Assembly (NCBI GenBank): GCA_020137815.1
Contig: CM035358.1
Location: 3,038,001 to 3,102,000, forward strand
Direction: 5' to 3'
DNA: 64,000 bases
Source of the DNA: Hormiphora californensis
Taxonomy: Eukaryota; Animalia; Ctenophora
Positions 58,762 to 64,000 of this stretch are shown here, piece by piece (within the stretch, counting starts at the first letter, position 1; every line of letters starts with the position of its first letter). Under the pieces are notes generated by a model. That model saw only the letters and a list, made by a program, of their open reading frames with translations, was not told the origin of the DNA and searched no databases. The translations under genes and the position numbers were made by a program.

Positions 58762-61422
58762 TTGGAAGATTGCGAAGGAGAGGATTGAGGAATGTTTGTC
58801 AAGTGTGAAAGCTTGGATGAGTGAGCACTGGCTACAGTGTAACGAGGCAAAGACTGAATTCCTGCTGCTAGGCAAAAACAGTGCCCTGGATAAGATGGTG
58901 TATCGGCCCACTGTGGACTTTGGTGGAGTGGAGATAAGCCCAGTGGACTTTACGGGGAGTGCAGGGAAAACACTTGGCGTGTTCCTTGATAGTAGCCTCT
59001 CAATGGAGAGACAAATCAACAGTGTTAAGAGGCAATGTGGTTTGTTGTTGAAGAATCTATGGCAGGTAAACCGGTGTCTAGATAGATCGACGAAGATACT
59101 CCTTGTTAAGGGTACGCTAACCAAAAATTTTTTTCGAGTGCAGGGAAATCTCTCACCGTAGGGTTGTAGGCCATGCCAAGGAGACCTCAAATATGCAATT
59201 TGAGCTCTCAAGTCCAATTCATATTTTTGCTACAGCTGCTTGAAAAATGAACTGAAAATAAGTTTTTGGCATCTCAAAAAATTTTTTTTAAAGATAGGAG
59301 CATAAAAATTTGGGGATTTGAAGAGGACATGAAGGTGAATAACCACAAAAAAAATTTTTGCAATCCGAGCTGATTTCCGGTCCTGAGACGGATTTCTTTT
59401 TTTCCACTTTAACGCCCTATTTGGCAAAGTTCCGAAAACATGTGAAAGCTGTAAATTGGTGAAAAGTTGCGTCTAACGATTATCTAAGTGGCCATAAATT
59501 TTGGGCGTGTCCTTATTTGAGATAAGCTGTACAGAGTTTTTTTTGTGAAAGCCGTCATTTCAGAAATAAATAAATTCCCTGTATCTCAAAAACGGCTGAT
59601 CGTAGAGACCTGAGACTATGCTTAAACGATTCAGAAGGTCCGATTTTGGGGGGGTCTTCTGAGAGACATTTTGCTCCTACTTCAACCGTTTTTGCTGTAA
59701 TTGCGAAAAACAAAAACCCATCTTCGCCATCGTGGATTTTTTGTAATTTTGTTTTTGGTGATTATAGGGACCCATATGGACCAAATAGTGAAGGAATTAG
59801 CTTGTTACACACTTTTCCATAGTTTCGGTCCTTTCTTAGCTAAAATTCCCTAATTACAGGATATTGGAGTTTAGCTTTTGCCCTTTTCATAGAATTTGTT
59901 TTTCGCAATTACAGCAAAAACGGTTGAAGTAGGAGCAAAATGTCTCTCAGAAGACCCCCCCCAAAATCGGACCTTCTGAATCGTTTAAGCATAGTCTCAG
60001 GTCTCTACGATCAGTCGTTTTTGAGATACAGGGAATTTATTTATTTCTGAAATGACGGCTTTCACAAAAAAAACTCTGTACAGCTTATCTCAAATAAGGA
60101 CACGCCCAAAATTTATGGCCACTTAGATAATCGTTAGACGCAACTTTTCACCAATTTACAGCTTTCACATGTTTTCGGAACTTTGCCAAATAGGGCGTTA
60201 AAGTGGAAAAAAAGAAATCCGTCTCAGGACCGGAAATCAGCTCGGATTGCAAAAATTTTTTTTGTGGTTATTCACCTTCATGTCCTCTTCAAATCCCCAA
60301 ATTTTTATGCTCCTATCTTTAAAAAAAATTTTTTGAGATGCCAAAAACTTATTTTCAGTTCATTTTTCAAGCAGCTGTAGCAAAAATATGAATTGGACTT
60401 GAGAGCTCAAATTGCATATTTGAGGTCTCCTTGGCATGGCCTACAACCCTACGGTGAGAGATTTCCCTGCACTCGAAAAAAAATTTTGGTTAGCGTACCC
60501 TTAAGCAGCTCATCATTTCAAGACTGGATTATTGTAATATCCTTTACCATGGCTTACCTAAGAAGCTTCTCAACAGCCTTCAGAGAGTCTTGAACTCGTG
60601 TGTCAGATTTGTTTATGGCCTATACGGTCACCAAGACACCTACATGCCATACTTGAAAGAATTGCATGTTCTTCCTGTGGAACAACGAGTCACGTTCAAA
60701 GCATGCCTTATGGCGTACAAAATTGTACATGGATTGGCCCCTGGCTACCTGCAAGATCAGGTCCCTGTTGATGATGGACTTCATGTGATCCGGGCTACTA
60801 GAGGAAATGCTTGGCCTGATGGCCTCAAGCTGAAGTACCCTAAGCTATCAAGTGTCAATGCGACTTCCAAGTTGAGAAGAAGACGTCCGTCGGTTTACCT
60901 GCCTGAAGTCTGGAATAAGCTTCCCCTTGATCTGAGAGCTGTTGAGTCTGTGGAATCTTTTAAGTCTAAGCTCAAGACTAGTCTTTTCACTGAGGCATTT
61001 GGTGAGACTGGACTGTCCTCTTAAGACTCTCCTTCTTGCTAAGGTATGTGCTCTAGCTGGTACCCGTTTTTAATTATTTTTCTGTAATTTAGCTCGTGGC
61101 GAGCAGAAGTGTGAAGCATTTTTTCATAGCACGAGTGTTTTTCTGAGTTTCCAATCTACGGACTTTTATATCAATCTTTTTAGAGTTCCAGGACTCTAAC
61201 TCAGTCTGTTATGTAATCAGTCACCGATAGTTATGTGAGCCGATAGTAATGTGAGCCGGTGTTTTTCTTTATTAATTTTTGTTCTATTAGGGATAAGTTG
61301 TCAAAGTCTTACTAGTATATTAACCGTTCAGATTATCCTTCAGTGACAGCATCAGTTTCGCTGCTCTGTCCCTGTCGGATATGGGCGGAATATAAACATA
61401 GTTATTATTATTATTATTATTA
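58762..61422 (+). mobile_element. 5'-truncated L2/Crack-like LINE, interrupted at 59110-60500
   Basis: WMSEHWLQCNEAKTEFL, LGVFLDSSLS and IISRLDYCN RT C-terminal motifs. The frame is restored by removing the insertion; ORF ends at 61024; (TTA)n tail at 61402-61422. Confidence 0.85.
59110..60500. mobile_element. Non-autonomous Kolobok-like foldback, related to 12276-13578
   Basis: ~600-bp inverted repeats starting GGGTACGC; TTAA TSD; inner arm sequence shared with the 12276 element. Confidence 0.82.
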
Positions 61423-61930
61423 TATACTGGTTGTAGAGGGATGTACAACTACAAGTTGGGGATCATGAGCTCAGCATTGTAAACTGTACAATGTTAGTAA
61501 CATTAACACACACGTTATATTGTCTGTGCTGTTAGTGTTACACGTCAGAATCAGATCAGCTACGTGCATAATAAAACGTAGTGTGTATCCGTTTATCGTC
61601 CTCTAATTCTATAAAATCTCCCCTGAATCATTCAGTCACTGAATCAGTGAATGAGTAATGGGTTGCCTAGCTCGACCCTGTTTTCCCGCGCCCCGCAAGG
61701 GAAAATAAAATAAAATGAACGTAATGGGCAGAATGAGAACAAGTTAGGACTGAAATCTGAATAACATCATGTAATATCAAAAGAATGTCACACACTGTGT
61801 ACTGGTACAAGAGGCCATAATGCATGTTATTCAAATAAGACTTCCCTAGAGCAAGCGTTTACTGGGATGCTGCAAAGGGCGAGTTGTACACGTCTATCAT
61901 TATACCAACATGACTAGTAACTCCATCCTC

Positions 61931-62008
<78 letters not shown>

Positions 62009-62021
62009 CTTCTTTCTCTCT

Positions 62022-62092
<71 letters not shown>

Positions 62093-62456
62093 CCTCTCTT
62101 TATCTTCTTCTTTCTCTCTGTCTCTGTCTCAATAATTACTATCACTAATCTTCCGCTTTTCGAATCTGTACTGATGATCTAAGGGAAGCAGTTTTCAGCA
62201 GAATCAGACAAAATACTGACTAATTCGATCAGTAATTATGTGGTCAGTGGTTTCAATATATGGTCCTGACAGTACAATATATATTCACAAGTGTAAATAC
62301 TAAAGTATAATTTGGCACGTGTCAACATGGTTGTAATATTTGAACAAAGTTGTGGTAATAAGATAAGTGAACAGAGAGAGGTAGATGTTTTCACAAACAA
62401 TAAATGGAACAGGTTCTGTGACGCTGCTGTCCACATTCACCTAGCTCACATTAGCT

Positions 62457-64000
62457 GGTATTAATAAACGGGGATTCGCGGATTCGCGGATAATGTCCCG
62501 GATCGCGGATAAAATCGCGGATAATTAATCCCGGATTGGATCGCGGATCGCGGATAAGTAATCACGGATTGCGGATCGGGGATAAGTGATCGCGGATTGC
62601 GGATTGCGGATCGCGGATTGCGGATTGCGGATTGCGGATCGCGGATTGCGGATCGCGGATCGCGGATAAGTAATCGCGGATTGCGGATTGCGGATCGCGG
62701 ATTGCGGATTGCGGATTGCAGATCGCGGATCGCGGATTGCGGATCGCGGATTGCGGATTGCGGATTGCGGATCGCGGATTGCAGATCGCGGATAGCGGAT
62801 TGCGGATTGCGGATCGCGGATTGCGGATCGCGGATAAGTAATCGCGGATTGCGGATTGCGGATCGCGGATAAGTAATCGCGGATTGCGGATCGCGGATAA
62901 GTAATCGCGGATTGCGGATTGCGGATCGCGGATAAAAAATCGCGGATAAAAAATCGCGGATAACGTTTTTATCTCTTTTTAGGCAACTTGTGGTCATTCT
63001 TAGGTGATTTTGATCGATTCCAGGTCATTTTGCTCATTTCTATGTCAATTTGGCCATTTCTGTACCATTTCTTGGCCACGTTGGTCAATTCTAGTTCATT
63101 TCCAGGTCATTCCTGTATATAGTGCATTGTGCTAGACCATTTTCGTGTGGATTTAGATGGTTCTAGGACACTTCGGTCACATTAGAGTCCTAAAAGTATC
63201 CAAATATACACATAAATTACTCGTAATTGACCAAAGTATATATGTCAATTTGGCCATTTCTGTACCATTTCTTGGCCACGTTGGTCAATTCTAGTTCATT
63301 TCCAGGTCATTCCTGTATATAGTGCATTGTGCTAGACCATTTTCGTGTGGATTTAGATGGTTCTAGGACACTTCGGTCACATTAGAGTCCTAAAAGTATC
63401 CAAATATACACATAAATTACTCGTAATTGACCAAAGTGTCCCAGAACCATCTAAATCCACACGAAAATGGTCTAGCACAATGCACTATATACAGGAATGA
63501 CCTGGAAATGAACTAGAATTGACCAACGTGGCCAAGAAATGGTACAGAAATGGCCAAATTGACATATATACTTTGGTCAATTACGAGTAATTTATGTGTA
63601 TATTTGGATACTTTTAGGACTCTAATGTGACCGAAGTGTCCTAGAACCATCTAAATCCACACGAAAATGGTCTAGCACAATGCACTATATACAGGAATGA
63701 CCTGGAAATGAACTAGAATTGACCAACGTGGCCAAGAAATGGTACAGAAATGGCCAAATTGACATAGAAATGAGCAAAATGACCTGGAATCGATCAAAAT
63801 CACCTAAGAATGACCACAAGTTGCCTAAAAAGAGATAAAAACGTTATCCGCGATTTTTTATCCGCGATTTTTTATCCACGATTTTTTATCCGCGATTTTT
63901 TATCCTCGATTTTTTATCCGCGATTTTCTATCCGCGATTTTTTATCCGCGATTTTTTATCCGCGATTTTTTATCCGCGATTTTTTATCCGCAATCCGCAA
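62457..64000. mobile_element. Foldback element with GCGGAT-repeat arms, truncated by the window end
   Basis: Starts GGTA like the 18327 and 19328 elements. GCGGAT array, then a palindromic core (~62960-63850, with a 200-bp internal duplication), then an inverted ATCCGC array. Confidence 0.7.

Noticed and set aside
62461-62997. 178-aa ORF with SAIRNP repeats
   Set aside because: Translation of the GCGGAT array.

Overview
Eukaryotic, most likely animal, nuclear DNA: short GT-AG introns, many (AG)n microsatellites and dense non-autonomous transposons. Compact gene spacing, acceptor-like AGs just before start codons and nested intronic genes are compatible with a ctenophore-like genome (inference only). 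Recognisable genes are PGGT1B on the minus strand, head-to-head with a plus-strand cluster AK3-KIN(KIN17)-CIAPIN1/anamorsin-UBOX5-RABL6. Gaps in that cluster are only 145-199 bp and each start codon is preceded by a 3' splice-acceptor-like site, which makes it a candidate trans-spliced eukaryotic operon. Two or three uncharacterised antisense genes appear nested in introns of UBOX5 and RABL6. Repeats include Kolobok-like and Merlin-like foldback elements (one nested in another), hAT- and Tc1-type MITEs, LINE fragments, a self-nested Helentron-like array, a 3.3-kb minisatellite built from copies of a splice acceptor, a minimal hammerhead ribozyme, and a 2.8-kb near-identical tandem duplication that may be an assembly artefact. 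Exon models were read and translated by hand; no database searches were run.
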